Assembly (NCBI GenBank): GCA_047495785.1
Contig: JBLDXI010000032.1
Location: 1,736,001-1,800,000, forward strand
DNA length: 64,000 nucleotides
Source of the DNA: Lepidodermella squamata
Lineage: Eukaryota; Animalia; Gastrotricha
Reading direction: 5' to 3'
Positions within the stretch are counted from its first letter, which is position 1. The number at the start of each line of letters is the position of its first letter. The notes beneath the pieces are model-generated. The model was not told where the DNA came from, did not search any database, and saw nothing but the letters and a program-made list of their open reading frames with translations. Below, in pieces: positions 24,401-36,723 of the stretch. The position numbers and the translations under genes are program-made.

Positions 24401-25756
24401 TGGACAAGCAATTGTGCCCTTTCGATCTTATCACAGCTAAACATCACGCGCTATCTTCGGTTCTCGTGCAATTTTGGCAGTTTTTACTCGCCCCAGCTCT
24501 TGGAATGCTCATTCTAGTTAATGAAGCTAGATTTGCAATGGCATCTTCGAAATCAGCTGTTTTCATGATTGGTCTCGCCCACCTGATTAGCACGCAATTT
24601 CACCTGTTGATAAATGGAAATCGTTTTTTCATTTCTCAAAGTAAGCGAAAATTTTTGAAATTAAATCATAAATTTTAATTTTTAATTTTTAGATTGCACA
24701 AAAATATCAAAACCAAACGATGAGTCGAATGCGTTGAACATTGTGAATCCAACAGTTTTACGCGAAATTTCTGATGACTTGAAACCGCTTGGAAGTTGTC
24801 TCGCAATGGTTTTTGCGATTTTCGCGGGTACCATAATGCTGCGATATTTCGTCGCATCGAGCCGTAAAATTCGCGCAAGATTCGCACAGGGTGACTTGAG
24901 TAATCACCCGGTTGCCATGGTCACAATTGACGCATCAACCGGGCATTATTCCTGGGGCCGGCTGAGCTCGATAACCATCGGCAGTTTGCTGTTAACTGTC
25001 GCCGTTATCTGGAACCTGGCCATTATTGTCGCGTCTTTGAGCGCTAAAATCAATAGGAAACAAAACGTTTTCCTTATCGTGTCCGGTTCGCAAAATATGG
25101 AGACAACTGCGACAAATAATCTAGGTCACTTTTTGTCGCTAGCCGGCGACGGTGTGACTGTCGGAATTCTCGGAATTTCAATCAGCGTTACAGTAATATG
25201 CGCGCTAATTGCGTATTTCCAAACTTCAGACATCCACCTTAATGTCGAAGATGGCAATTTGTTGCCTAATGATTATTCATTGAGTCGCGAATCCGTGCCG
25301 AAATTTTTGACCCGGGCTATGTTGTTGACATGCGGTGCGGTTTTGCTGCTTCATTACCTCGAATTATTAAGCTGGACTTCAGCGCTTGGGGTGAATAGCA
25401 GCATCAGCAGCAAAGCGCCTCAATATTCGATAAATTTATGGCTATGTTATTCTCAAATTGTTCACGCTTTCGTGCAAACCGTCGGCCTGGTTATGGCGCC
25501 GCGGTTGCTGAGCCGGTTTCACGTTAATAATCACCGCAACATAATCGGCTCGTTGTATTTGCTCAACGCTTTTGCGAATGTGGCCCTGTTTCTCACAGCC
25601 ACCCTAAAAACATTTGGTGCAGAATCTTCGTCGTCGTCGTCGTCATTGCTAGTGCCGATTCTAGCTGCTTCATCGCATTTACAGCCGGTTGTTCAGGCGC
25701 TGAATGCGAGTCACTACCTTGTCGCGGCTTTTATCCTGCTTCGGCTAGCTAGTTGA
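21439..25756 (+). CDS. Divergent otopetrin-family multi-pass membrane protein (4 exons)
   Basis: Exons approx. 21439-22605, 23758-24064, 24272-24640, 24693-25756. TM segments occur in otopetrin order: LAYVYAILLCSLSLAF, GFSHFLFAGS, HQGYLR, IGLAHLISTQ, VQTVGL, NVALFL, ASHYLVA. Confidence 0.65.
22768..23506. mobile_element. PIF/Harbinger-type MITE (739 bp) in otopetrin intron 1
   Basis: Perfect 18-bp TIR AGGCTGTCGCACAAATGA; TTA TSD (22765-22767, 23507-23509); subterminal ATTGCTC-type heptamer repeats; no real ORF. Confidence 0.88.
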
Positions 25757-26130
25757 AAAAATTGTTGATTTCGTAGTTTATATTATATAAAAAATGCATA
25801 TTTGTGTAAAAAAACCGATGTGTAATATTCAATGCAAAAAATTGTCACATTAATTATATTATAAATATTATTTGATTATTTATTTAAACGTGTCTTCTCT
25901 CTGATGACTGAATCATCAAAAATTATTGTGTTTCTGCTTTTTTTTTCGAGAAAATCTGTCGACATGAAATAAATCCCGATTTGATCAACGGCTTCACGTG
26001 TTTTTTTTATTTTTGAAACGTAAATATATAATATATTATATTCAAAAAAATTGGAGCGGCCAATTTCTCGATTTTCCACAACATTGAAGCAAAATTAGTT
26101 TAATATTTTTGAAAAGATAGCAGTGCATTT

Positions 26131-29100
26131 TCACTGCATGTAGCGAACGATAGCTCGCGCTCCAACGGAAGCAGCAGCGGCAGTTACCACAACGACGACG
26201 CCTACTGCCGGTTTTACGAACGATGAATAATGTTGATCTTGCTTAGCGGCGGGTTTCGATACATAATCTGGTTTCGCATAATCCTCGCCCGAATTCGAAT
26301 CGCTGTTGATGTTAACCGAAGCTTCGACCTTGACAGAATTAACTTGCTGTTGTTTAAACATTGGAATTTCTTCAACGGCCTTAGTTTCAGGCGTTGTTGA
26401 AGTGGTGGTAGAAGTTGACGTTGAGGTGGATTTTCGCCGAGTTCCGCCCGTCGACGCAGATCGTCCGGTGAGAAATGTCGATCGCTTCGATGTCACCAAG
26501 CTCTGGATAATTTATTTGAAAATTTTTGGAAATTTTAAGCCATGGGGTTTATTCACCTTGCTGACAGACACCGTGATCACTTTGCATTGAGCTTGGCATT
26601 CTTGCTTTGTATTCCAGTGCTGGCTCTGGCGCATTTTAGGGTTTCAAAAATTTTACAAATTAAAAGAAAAGCGACTCACATGCCAAGTTTCGGTGCAAAT
26701 TTTCTTGTTGAAAGAGTCTACGCATAGACAGGTATCACCCTTCCAACATTGCTGCCGTCCATCCTTAATAATTTTCCGTATAAAAAATATTTTAATTTGA
26801 TCGAAAGATCCAACTTACCCCGACTTGAAGCATGCAGTCTAACTCATTTTTAGGTTTCGTCGACTGAAATTTTAATTTCAAATTTTTCAAATTTTTCAAA
26901 TTTTAAAAATTCAAACCATATATTTGCAAGATTTTGATTCGTTAATATCGACGCAAGACGTTTTTGTGGAATATCGGTTGTTGCAAAGGATGTTCTAAAA
27001 AATGGGACAGATTCAAAACTAGCGTGAAAAAAAGGTTATTTATTTACCTTTTCAAGTTGGCAAACTGCTTTCATGCGCTGCCGCCCGATGCGTGTTTGAT
27101 TGCATGGGAACGTGTGCCAGCTGAAGTCTTTCCAATAGGCTACACAGTCGCGAACTCCAGCATCTCCTTCGAGTTGCTTCGCGAAACTTGGCTTCGGGTC
27201 GAATTGCGACACGTTGAAAATTGAACCATCGTTCCATACAAAGCCGCGGCCCTGTTTTGACCTAAATAGCCCAATCCAGGCAAGCTCAACTAAAACGGCA
27301 CAAATAATTCGTAATTATTTAATTGGAATTTAATTTACCGTCAAATGAAACGATAGCAGCGTTATCTTTTGGACTTTTGATGATAGCCAACCGACCGTGA
27401 CGGGCCCCGCACGCCGCCCTAGCACTTCGATAATCTCCCACATTATCGACCACGAAATAACCATTTGTATTGACGATTGGCCTTCTCTAAAATTTGATAA
27501 ATTGGTGTTTTTATCTGAAATAAATCGAGAAATCTCACGTTAGGGAAAACTGTTCGATCAGTGTTCTCCAATGGTAGGTTTGTCGTCGGATGGCTTGGAA
27601 ATTCATTGGGTAAAATTGCATGCGACCACTCGTCTTGCGAATCTTCGTGACCAACAACTGGCTCTTCGGTTGTAGTAGTAGTCGTAGTCGTAGTTGTCTT
27701 CCTCTTCACCTCCATATCCTGGCCATTGATTTCCAGCTTGAAACTAACCGTATTCATCCGCGGATCAATCGGTTCCTCCGGCGGGAATACCGTAATCCCC
27801 GTTGACGCTGTCCGATTCAACGGCCATAACGAGGTCCATTTTTCCGGCGTGTATTGTTGCGTATTCCGCAGAATTTCCGCTGTCAACCGGTCCAATGTCT
27901 CATCGATTGTCTCACGTTGAACCCATCTATCAATCAGCGGCGAAGCAGTTGTGGTTCTAGCTTCGTACGAAATGAATTCCTCCACCCTAGGTGCTGTAGG
28001 CCGGTCTTCAAACGTTGCTCTTTGCGCCTCAGTAGTGGTCGAAGTTGGCCTTGAAGTTGTCGAGGTAGTTGAGGGGGATCTCCTTGTTGTAGTAGTCGAA
28101 GTAGTAGTTGCTGTTGTTGTAGTAGTGGTCGGCATAGTCTTTGTTGAGGTGGAAGTTGTAGTTGTTGTCACTGGATCCGTTGGTTTCGAAGTCGTTAGGG
28201 TCGTCGAAGTTGTTTCGGTATTTATTGAAGTAGTGACACTGGTTGGGATAGAAATCGTAGAATTCAACATTTTCCGCCTCGACTCGCAGTACTGGTCAAG
28301 TTTTTCCAACAAAATCGACTTATTCTTCCCCTCCGGAATCGCGTCCAAATCTTGCAACGACGGCGCTTTCATCGATAAATGGTACTTGCTGATCTGTTCG
28401 CTGATCATTCGTTCGATTTGTTCAAATGTCAACTGCTGATCGGCGTAGTCTTCCTTCGGCGGCGTCTCGTAAGGATCAACCGTGAAAGCCGGGGTTGTTT
28501 TCGGCCGTCTAGTTTTTGTCCGACCCGGCGACGTTGTAGTCGTCGGCTTTCGAACCTTCCGCCGCTTCTTTTTCGTTGTTTTCCCTGATTTTAAGGTGGT
28601 CGTTCGAAGTTTAGACGTTTCCTTTTTTGTAGTAGTAGTAGTCGGTTTCGAAGTTGAACGTGGCTGCGAAGTTGTCGAAGCTGTTGTTGCCTCAGTTTTA
28701 TTCTCAGCTAGAGTTGTCGAGATTATCAAGGTGGTTGTAGACTGAGTGGGCGGTAGGGTTGTAGTTTCCGTCGTAGTCGAAGACGTGGAAGTAGTGGTCG
28801 TTTCAATTTTAGTTGTAGGCACTGCTGTGGTTTCTGTCGATTGAAGAGTTGTTGTGGGCATAGTCGTTGTTGATGTAGAAGTTGTTGTAATTGGTTTCGT
28901 TTCCGTTGATTTCGAGGTCGAAGCCTGAGTTGTTGTTGTTGTTGTTGCTGGTGTTGTTGAAATTTTCACGGTGGTTGGTCCAGTCGTAGTTGAAGTCTTT
29001 GATGTGGTTGTTGAGCTTTTTAAGGTGGTTGTTTCACTAGTTGTTGAACTTCTTAAGGTGGTTGGCGAATTCGTTGTTGGGCTTTCCGTTGTTGTATTCG

Positions 29101-30616
29101 CTTGCATCGTTACAGCATTAGTTTCATTAGAATCGATTGATAAGTTTGTTGTTATGACATGCAATCCTTCGATTTCCATCTCACTGCTGTCGTAGTTAAC
29201 ATCCTCCATCTCGATCGACTCTGAATCGTACCCCACAGGATCGCCTGATCCGATAAGTTCTAACAATGGCAATGAATCATTAGAACTCATTGTCGATGTC
29301 GATGATGTTAAAGTCGTGTTAGCCAAAAAAGCTGTTGTAGGAACGGTTGTAGTCAAAGGGACTGTTGTTGTCGATGATGTTTCTGGAGGAGATGTGGCTG
29401 TAATTGGCGGGGTCGTATTCAATTCCGGACTAGTTTCAGCCACAACTGTAGTATTCGGCAAAATAACTGTCGATGGTAACAAGGTGGTTGTTAATGATTT
29501 CGTGGTTTTAATTGGCACATCTACTGACTTGGTCGTGAAATTTAAGGTTGTAGGGCTCAAATAAATGATCCCCATTGTCCGCAAATCTGCAGGAGTTGTC
29601 TTTCTTGAGATTGTTGTCTCGTTTAAGGTGGTCTCAGTCGCTCTGAGAGTTGTTCCTTCAGTTGAGCTAGCCGTGGTAGACTCTGCAGTCGTGGATGTTG
29701 CCGGCTCTTCAGTGGTCGATTTCGAAGTCGCCGTTGCCTTTGAATATTTCGAACTAAATCGACTAGTTTTAGTCACCTTGGAATGAACTAATTTCGTTAA
29801 CCGGCTTGTTTTGAGTGCCGAGCTGGTTTTAGCTGTAGTAGTACTAATAGAACTGCTAGCTTTACCTAAGGTCGAAGACGGAATCCGACTTTGCTTAGTA
29901 GAATCCGATAAAACCAGACTCTGCTTGGTTGGAACTTGGACGATTTTGAGCAGCTTAGCATCTTTCGTTTTCACAGTGACCCTCTCCCATTCTCTACTAT
30001 CGACATCGTTGCTGCCATCATCGGCCGTAAATTCGTTGTAGTTTACGTGGTATTCCGCGTCGTCCAGCGGCCCGTCAGCCCCGCCGTAAAAATCAGGCGG
30101 TTCCGCAGTATTAGGTTCGGCTGTAACATCCGCCTTATTCCTATTCAACTGCCGCTCCAACTCTTCAACGATTTGCTCGAGCTTCGACGTTGTCAACGTC
30201 TTCATCGTTGTTTGCTCAAGCGTAGCCCGGGAGACGCGTATCGTCGCCGAATCGTCATCATCATCATAAGTTTCAAAGGTTAAATTCGCTCCGAGTAGCC
30301 GTGCTAGCGCCTTGGATTGAGCATCGTTCGGAATTTCGTCCGAACGGAAACGGGATAAAAGTGTTGAAAGCGTGTCGTTGGGATTAGTCGACGATTCCAG
30401 CAAATTTTTCAGCCATTTTACTGTGCGGGCCTTCTCGAGAAGCGACGGCAGTTCTTCTAGCGATTTCCGCGAATTCTCCGCCAATCGCTTGCATAAATCA
30501 AGCTGCTCGGCGGTAATTCGCGGGAAGGCCGATAGCGGGCAGCCGCTAATTAGAGCGATTTGGTGGCTAATTATCAGAATAATCGGTATCGAGGTAAAAC
30601 TTGCGAGTTCAACCAT
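26131..30616 (-). CDS. Secreted or membrane mucin-like protein with a C-type lectin domain and Cys-rich modules
   Basis: Signal peptide and a ~1000-aa Thr/Ser-rich exon. Intron 27487-27538 joins it to YRSARAAC..GRLAIIKSPKDN, then AWIGL..WNDGS..DCV..W..C..VCQ (CTLD). Small Cys-rich exons follow (QCWKGDTCLCVDS), then a hydrophobic C-terminus in ORF 26131-26499. Confidence 0.75.
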
Positions 30617-31305
30617 TATTTGACTGCAGGTGATGCGAGTTCATTATTTTCGCAAATTATTATTATTATTTTCTCGGTCACTTTTTAGGGCGGCTATTGT
30701 TGCAAAATAATTTACTCGCTCAATTCCAGGTTAAGTCAACTCGCGGCGATGTTTGGTTCTGCAGCCACCTTAATAAGCAAACAACTGCGTCCCTAATTGC
30801 TGTTGACGGCTATGCGACAATGAGGTCACAATAATAACAATTGCAAAATTGCGAGCCCAACTCGAAAATAACACGCGAGGTTTTTTTTATTGAACCCGAT
30901 ATTTTACTCGTTGCAAATATTATCATCAATAATCAGAAAAAACGAGCTCGAACTTTTCCATTTTTTTGTTATATACGTGTATAAGAAGCTAACAAAAGAA
31001 GACAAAACACCGGTCGGACAACATGAATTCAACCACCAACACCAGAAAATTGCATAGCACTAAACTACGCAAAATATTAATCAAGTAAATATTATCACAA
31101 AAAACGATAATTCGCCCGAAAAAAATGCAATCAAACCCCATAATGCAAATGATGGAAGCCCCAAAGGTGACGTTTTTTCTTACAAAAAAAAGAAGCCACA
31201 TTGATCGAAAGCGTGTGTACCGAAGATTGGAGAAAAATCAATCATTCAGATGAGCAGGGAGGAAATTATATTTCCACTACTGAAAAATCGGTCAGTCAGT
31301 TTTTT

Positions 31306-34300
31306 TCAAAATCGCATTTTCGAATTGCTGAAACCGCTGCCGTACGGTGACGAGCTGCCGTATGACGACGACGAGCCGCGAATGGCGCGCGGGCTCAGGT
31401 CGAAGGGTGAAGACGGGTTCCGCCAGTTTTGCCACCAGCGGTACGCGCCATATAGCAGACTGCCGGCGACTAGAGCGGCGCCGCCAATGGCGAGAAAACG
31501 GCGGAAAATCGACGCGTCGGCTAACAGCGAGCGGCGCACCTGCTCGACGAGATCACTTTGCCACCACGAAAGACGCCTGAAAATCATGAAATGATTTATA
31601 AAACATATTATTAATTGGGTGCTTTCTAATTTTTCAAAGATTTTCAAATCTTAGAATCTGAAACTTTGGTTATAAGATTTTCGACCGGCTTGGAATTTAG
31701 AATAGAAATGCCTAATAGATCGAGTTCGTTGTTTTCGAAATTTTAGCCGTTGATGGTACAGTTTTTTCGCTAAATTAAGCTACCCTGATCGAAAAATTTG
31801 AGCTCAGTCTAATTCATATTCAGAAATTTGCAAACCTCAGTTTAGTCATTTTTGAAAAAAATCATCAAAAATGCATATCAATAGCGTGATGCCCCAGATA
31901 GAAAAATAAACGAAACGATTTAGGGCATTGATGAAAGATCAATCAGGTAAAAAATTGACCTCCCACAAAAATTTGAATTCTTATAAATTCCTCATAGTTT
32001 TGAGGTGATTAAAAATGTGTTTAAAAAATGCAATTTAAAATTTAAGGTGGACGGTATAAAATGGACTGGGCAAAAATTCTCGGTAAATAAAAATTTCCGA
32101 GCTATTCAACATTGACAATGAGTTCAATTTTCAGTCCTCATAATTTCCATGAAAATTGATAGCAACAAAAACAAGGAAGCAGTTTCAATTGTGCATTATT
32201 TGCTGCGAGTTAATTTGCAATTTAAATTTGCGCGTCCTACCAATAGCCACTGAACCATAAAACAGTGAAGGTGACCGCAAATCCAACTTAGCTATCAATG
32301 GATTAGAGTTTTGATCGAATTGGGTGGAAATATTTCAATCTAAATTTCAAATTTTTTTCCGCAAAGAGCAAATTCATCGATTCAATCAATTCAATCAATA
32401 CTCAGATGATCATATTTATTACATCACTATTTTAATTTTGATTCATCCAGAGTTGAAATTATTTAAATTGATGTTCGGTATTTAAATTAATTTGACTAAT
32501 TTTTGGTATAACTTACGGGTAAGCAGCCATTGTAGCGAGACGGACGTAGATTTCCGAAGAAATATGATCGACGCAATAAAACGGCTGGGGTGGCGGTAGG
32601 CCGTGCCGAGCGCAAAATGCAGCCGGCTGCATGGCGTAGTCCTGCAGGACAGCTTGTTGTTCATTCTTCGTCGAAACAACGAGAACAGGCGTTTGATTCA
32701 ACGCGAAATGTTTAACATAAATCCGCGCAATGTAATCAAACGATTTCGGATCTGTCACGTCGTAAGCCAGGCAAACTACATCGCAACGCCTTAGTTCAGC
32801 CTGCGTTAGCACATCCGTCAGCCCAACGACGTCGATTTCGTGTAAAATCAAATACTTTTTCGACCCGATACCGCCTTTACTACGACCGTGCGGTAGGGTT
32901 ACTGAGTTTATTGTGTAGCCAGATAAATGGGCGGTGTCTAGCGTTCGAACGTAACGCAAACTGCGCCCGAGTAGGCCCTGTAATAGGGTCGATTTGCCGA
33001 CTCCTCTAGCACCAATAACTTGGCACTGGTATACAGACCTGGCCGGAGCGCGTTGAGGCCAAGGCTCCGAGGCAAGAACGCTAATAGCTGAATACTGATT
33101 ATCATGTTCGTAATTATACCCAAGGTAGGCTAAATACTCGAAAAGCATAGGCACATCTGTAGTGGCTAATAAAGTCCATTGAGCTAGGAAACCTTGCAGG
33201 GAAATCCAACCCCTCGCGTCGGTTTCAACCTGGTTCCGCACCTCAGGACCCCAGGGCGAGACGGGGCACAACGAAAATAACGACGCTTGTTCGGAGGGCG
33301 ATAAATGCCGATCACCATCTTGGTCCGCCTTTCGGAAAATCGAGTACAAAAATTGGTAGCCATCGGGCGATAACTCGACGCAATTGCCGTATTTTACGTA
33401 CAACCCAGGTCTGAGGTACTCTTTATTAAAACTAGGCAAATTATCCGAGTAGCCGAAACGGCGTAGCACCGTCCATGTCGTTTCTTGACGGCCTCTTTGC
33501 ACGAATAATTTGTGCAGGAAAATGAACCCGGCCAGTGTTAGACCGTCGTCTTTTACCCCATCGGGTACGTATCGCCGAATAACGGCTTTCACGTCATCGA
33601 GAGATTGCGGCTGTAACGGCGCCGCGAAACATTGACGCTGAAATGTGTTCAACTCGCTGTCATTCAGCTTGCTATCGCCGTCTAAATCGACGATTTTGAA
33701 AATTCGAGTCAGAGCCCGACGGCAGTCGGGTGTTAGCTCTTTCTCGTCTGCGTTGTAAATCGGCGCCGTCGGGTGAATGACGGCTTTTTGGGCGTAGTAA
33801 AACATTTCGCTAATATTTTTCAAATTCTTTGCCGAGCAATGAATGCAACTGTCAATGTCAACGTGAGACTCCATTAGTTTGACAACTTCTTCCTGAGTAA
33901 CAACAACTGGAAGATCGTCTTTATTGCCAGCAAGGATGATGGGCCGATGGCACTCCTCGCCAAGAATGCTTCTGATGAGAGGTATCCAATGACCAGCGAC
34001 GCGCATCCAGGTTTGAGCGTCATTCAAAGCGTAAACAACTACGATAACAGATGCCTTGCGAATTTCGTCTCGCAACTGATCATTAGACTGCTCTCGGCTC
34101 GAGAAGTCAACAATTTGCGTTGGCACACGTTCAGGAGTAACATCTGGAGGAATCGTGATTTCTTCCACTCGAGCAGGGATAGCGCTTTGGTCCAAAAATT
34201 CTTCACTGACCAAAGACATAATTAGAGATGTTTTTCCAACGCCATCTGAACATTTTAACTTAAATTCAAAATAGTTACCAAAATATGGGGAACTTACTGT

Positions 34301-34334
34301 CGCCAAGGAGCAGAATTCGCACGTTCTTCGACAT
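31306..34334 (-). CDS. RHOT1: Mitochondrial Rho GTPase Miro (3 exons)
   Basis: MSKNVRILLLGD..GVGKTSLI, two EF-hands (DLDGDSKLNDSE, DQDGDRHLSPSE), second GTPase domain (GARGVGKS), C-terminal TM in the last exon (31306-~31577). Confidence 0.96.
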
Positions 34335-34448
34335 CTCAATTAACAACCCTAAGAGAAACAACAACATTGCATAAATGAGGGATGCTTTTAGCTAAAATTT
34401 ATTGGGTCTGTCTTAATCATTCACATAAGAGAATGAAAAGCTTCCTGA

Positions 34449-34868
34449 CTATGACAAGTCCGGCTGATGGTAACGCTTTTCGCGATTGACGTTGGCGGTA
34501 AAGTCTTTGAAAGCCTGAAGAATCTTCGAGTCTTTCAAGTCTTCAGGAAAAGGATTCTTGCCAACGGCCCAATAATAAAGCTCCCAATCTCCAGCTGGAT
34601 GATTAAGAATACGGTCGAACTCCTCGAGCTCGCTTTCGTTGTATTTATTTAGGTTGGCTGCCGCAAAGTTAGACAAAAGCAATCCACTCTCGAGAGTGCC
34701 TCGTTTTCTAGCTTGATACAACAATCTTGCTCGTTTCTTTTTCAAGTCTTCAGTTGGTGCAGCATCAGTAGATAACATCATACGACAAATATTGTTATTT
34801 CTTGGAGCCAGCAGCGTTTGTCTCAGGATAGGACTTTGCCACTTCGCGATCAATTTCATCCATGACAT
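34449..34868 (-). CDS. SDHAF2: Succinate dehydrogenase assembly factor 2 (Sdh5)
   Basis: RARLLYQARKRGTLESGLLLSNFA and DWELYYWA; basic, acid-free N-terminal presequence. Confidence 0.93.
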   Translation of the reverse strand: MSWMKLIAKWQSPILRQTLLAPRNNNICRMMLSTDAAPTEDLKKKRARLLYQARKRGTLESGLLLSNFAAANLNKYNESELEEFDRILNHPAGDWELYYWAVGKNPFPEDLKDSKILQAFKDFTANVNREKRYHQPDLS

Positions 34869-35079
34869 TTTCTTGCTTTAGAGCAAAAACAGAATAGACG
34901 TAAATACCGGCCACCAAAAGTCCAAGTCCAAGACCAGTTCGAAGGTTGAATCCCTTGACTCGCTTGGTATCGGTCGCTCGCTTCAAATTCAAGTCTTCAA
35001 CTTTTTTAACGTAATGCTTTTCAAAAGGAGTAAGCTTTTTCTTGTCAAGTTTTGGCATCAAATCTCCATCACCAGACAT
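34795..35079 (-). CDS. COA3: Cytochrome c oxidase assembly factor 3 (CCDC56)
   Basis: Basic coiled segment, NLRTGLGLGLLVAGIYVYSVFALKQE TM signature, acidic tail. Confidence 0.85.
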   Translation of the reverse strand: MSGDGDLMPKLDKKKLTPFEKHYVKKVEDLNLKRATDTKRVKGFNLRTGLGLGLLVAGIYVYSVFALKQENVMDEIDREVAKSYPETNAAGSKK

Positions 35080-36723
35080 GGGTGATAGCAATATACTATA
35101 TAAAACAGTTATGAAATCGGAGTAGTACTAACAAAGCGGCACTGCATCTCAAGCACAACCGATGATTGAGACAAATTTCACTTACATGCATGGCATAGGC
35201 AAAGAAGGCATGTGAAAAAAAGAAAAACCGTGGGCTGACTAAAGTGTGAAGGGTAATAATACAGGTGGCAATTACGCTAAAAGCAGACAAGGATAATGCT
35301 ACGGTAGAAGTTTAGAAGAAGGTGTTGAGCTATGGTTTCATCCTCCATGGATGTCCGATTTGAACCAGAGAACTGGCTTGAGCCAGCCATTCAGCGCCCT
35401 TCCAGAAAAACAAGAGAAGGCAAAACGGTCTTTCGCGGGTTTTTAGTCGGGTTGAATGACAATTTTGAATAAGTGAAAATACTTTTTACGCTACTCTTAC
35501 AAAAATTTAAAGTAGCTCACATAGATATCAAAGAAAATAATTATAAAATTAGCCGCGGTTTTTGTTTAATTTTTCGAAAAATGCGGGGTGCTCATCGCCG
35601 CTCAAAAGTTCCTAAGGCCCAAACCCTGCCTGCTTGACCTGACCCTGGTGATGTCCACTGCTTCTCATACTATGGAAAGTGCAACAACAGTGTATCGAGA
35701 AACGGTTCCGCATATTGCATCAGTTCAACCAGGAATTGAACGAAGCCTGGGTTTATTTTTCGGATCCTCAGAAAAAAAGCAAGAGATGAAGGAATGTAGC
35801 TGCCAGATAGGTTTCTTCTACTTTGAAATTAGAAAATACGCTCTACGGTTCAGAAATGCAGCATAGCTTACTTCTTACGCGGGCATAATTTGTTGGGCTT
35901 ATTTCTTATTTGGCATAACTTATTCACAGTTGAAAATCCTCAGATCCAAGACCATGAAGTTTGAAACTCGTCTGCTGCTCGGAACTCTACTCTCCACGAC
36001 TGGGAAAGAAGTACATAACGTCTAAATAACCACAACATGGATAATTTCAGATGAAAAAGATACGCTAGCCACGCTTTGTTTGGTCCAGAAACAGGATGAA
36101 TTTCAACAAGTTGAAAGACTGATCTTTAACTCTGGATCTGACCATAAACTCTCTATAGCATGTGGGGCTAAAATATTCAACTAAAACAGATAAATCAGAA
36201 AATCCGCTGACCGAAAGTGAACAGGTGATAAAGTAGCCGAAATGTCAATAACAGTCATCTTCGCCCCTGACATTTTCGTTATAAAACTCGATAATCTTTG
36301 CAATTTATTTATTTATGAGCATTAATATCCAAGGGGTGTGCAGGACAGCTCAGCTGAAAAAGAAGCATGATTAGTACAATAAGATTCAATGTGAAAAGGC
36401 CATTATGTAGATATCAACAAAGAAAAGTAGGAAAAAAACAATGATGTATAAAAAAACATCGTTTTAGACTCAACAAGGAATTGCAATGGCGTGTTATCTC
36501 TCTGATGACGACGACCTGCAGAACGTGACCTTCTTTTTCTTCTGCTGAAGCGACTGCACACATTCTTGATGCCTAGTACACATTATTGATGCAAAATAAA
36601 CTCGAATCAACCACGAAGCATAGTGACTTTTATTTTCGCAAAGTCATAGTCAATTTTAAATATCAGCAATCAATCGCTAAAGAAAAACAGTTTCATATTC
36701 AACGATAGACTATAATGTCATAT

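Noticed and set aside
27951-30041. Val-rich hydrophobic ORFs on the + strand
   Set aside because: Antisense shadows of Thr codons in the mucin exon.
32513-34339. ORF-track start MRCRRTC for Miro
   Set aside because: The real start is the ATG at 34334 in another frame, joined by a short intron.
35096-35290. Possible fourth cistron upstream of COA3
   Set aside because: Non-ATG start and no motif. It overlaps a probable 5' UTR intron (GTAAGT at ~35184 to TATAG at ~35097).
35588-36340. Short ORFs and splice-like signals between COA3 and EIF2B4
   Set aside because: No consistent gene model or recognisable product could be built.
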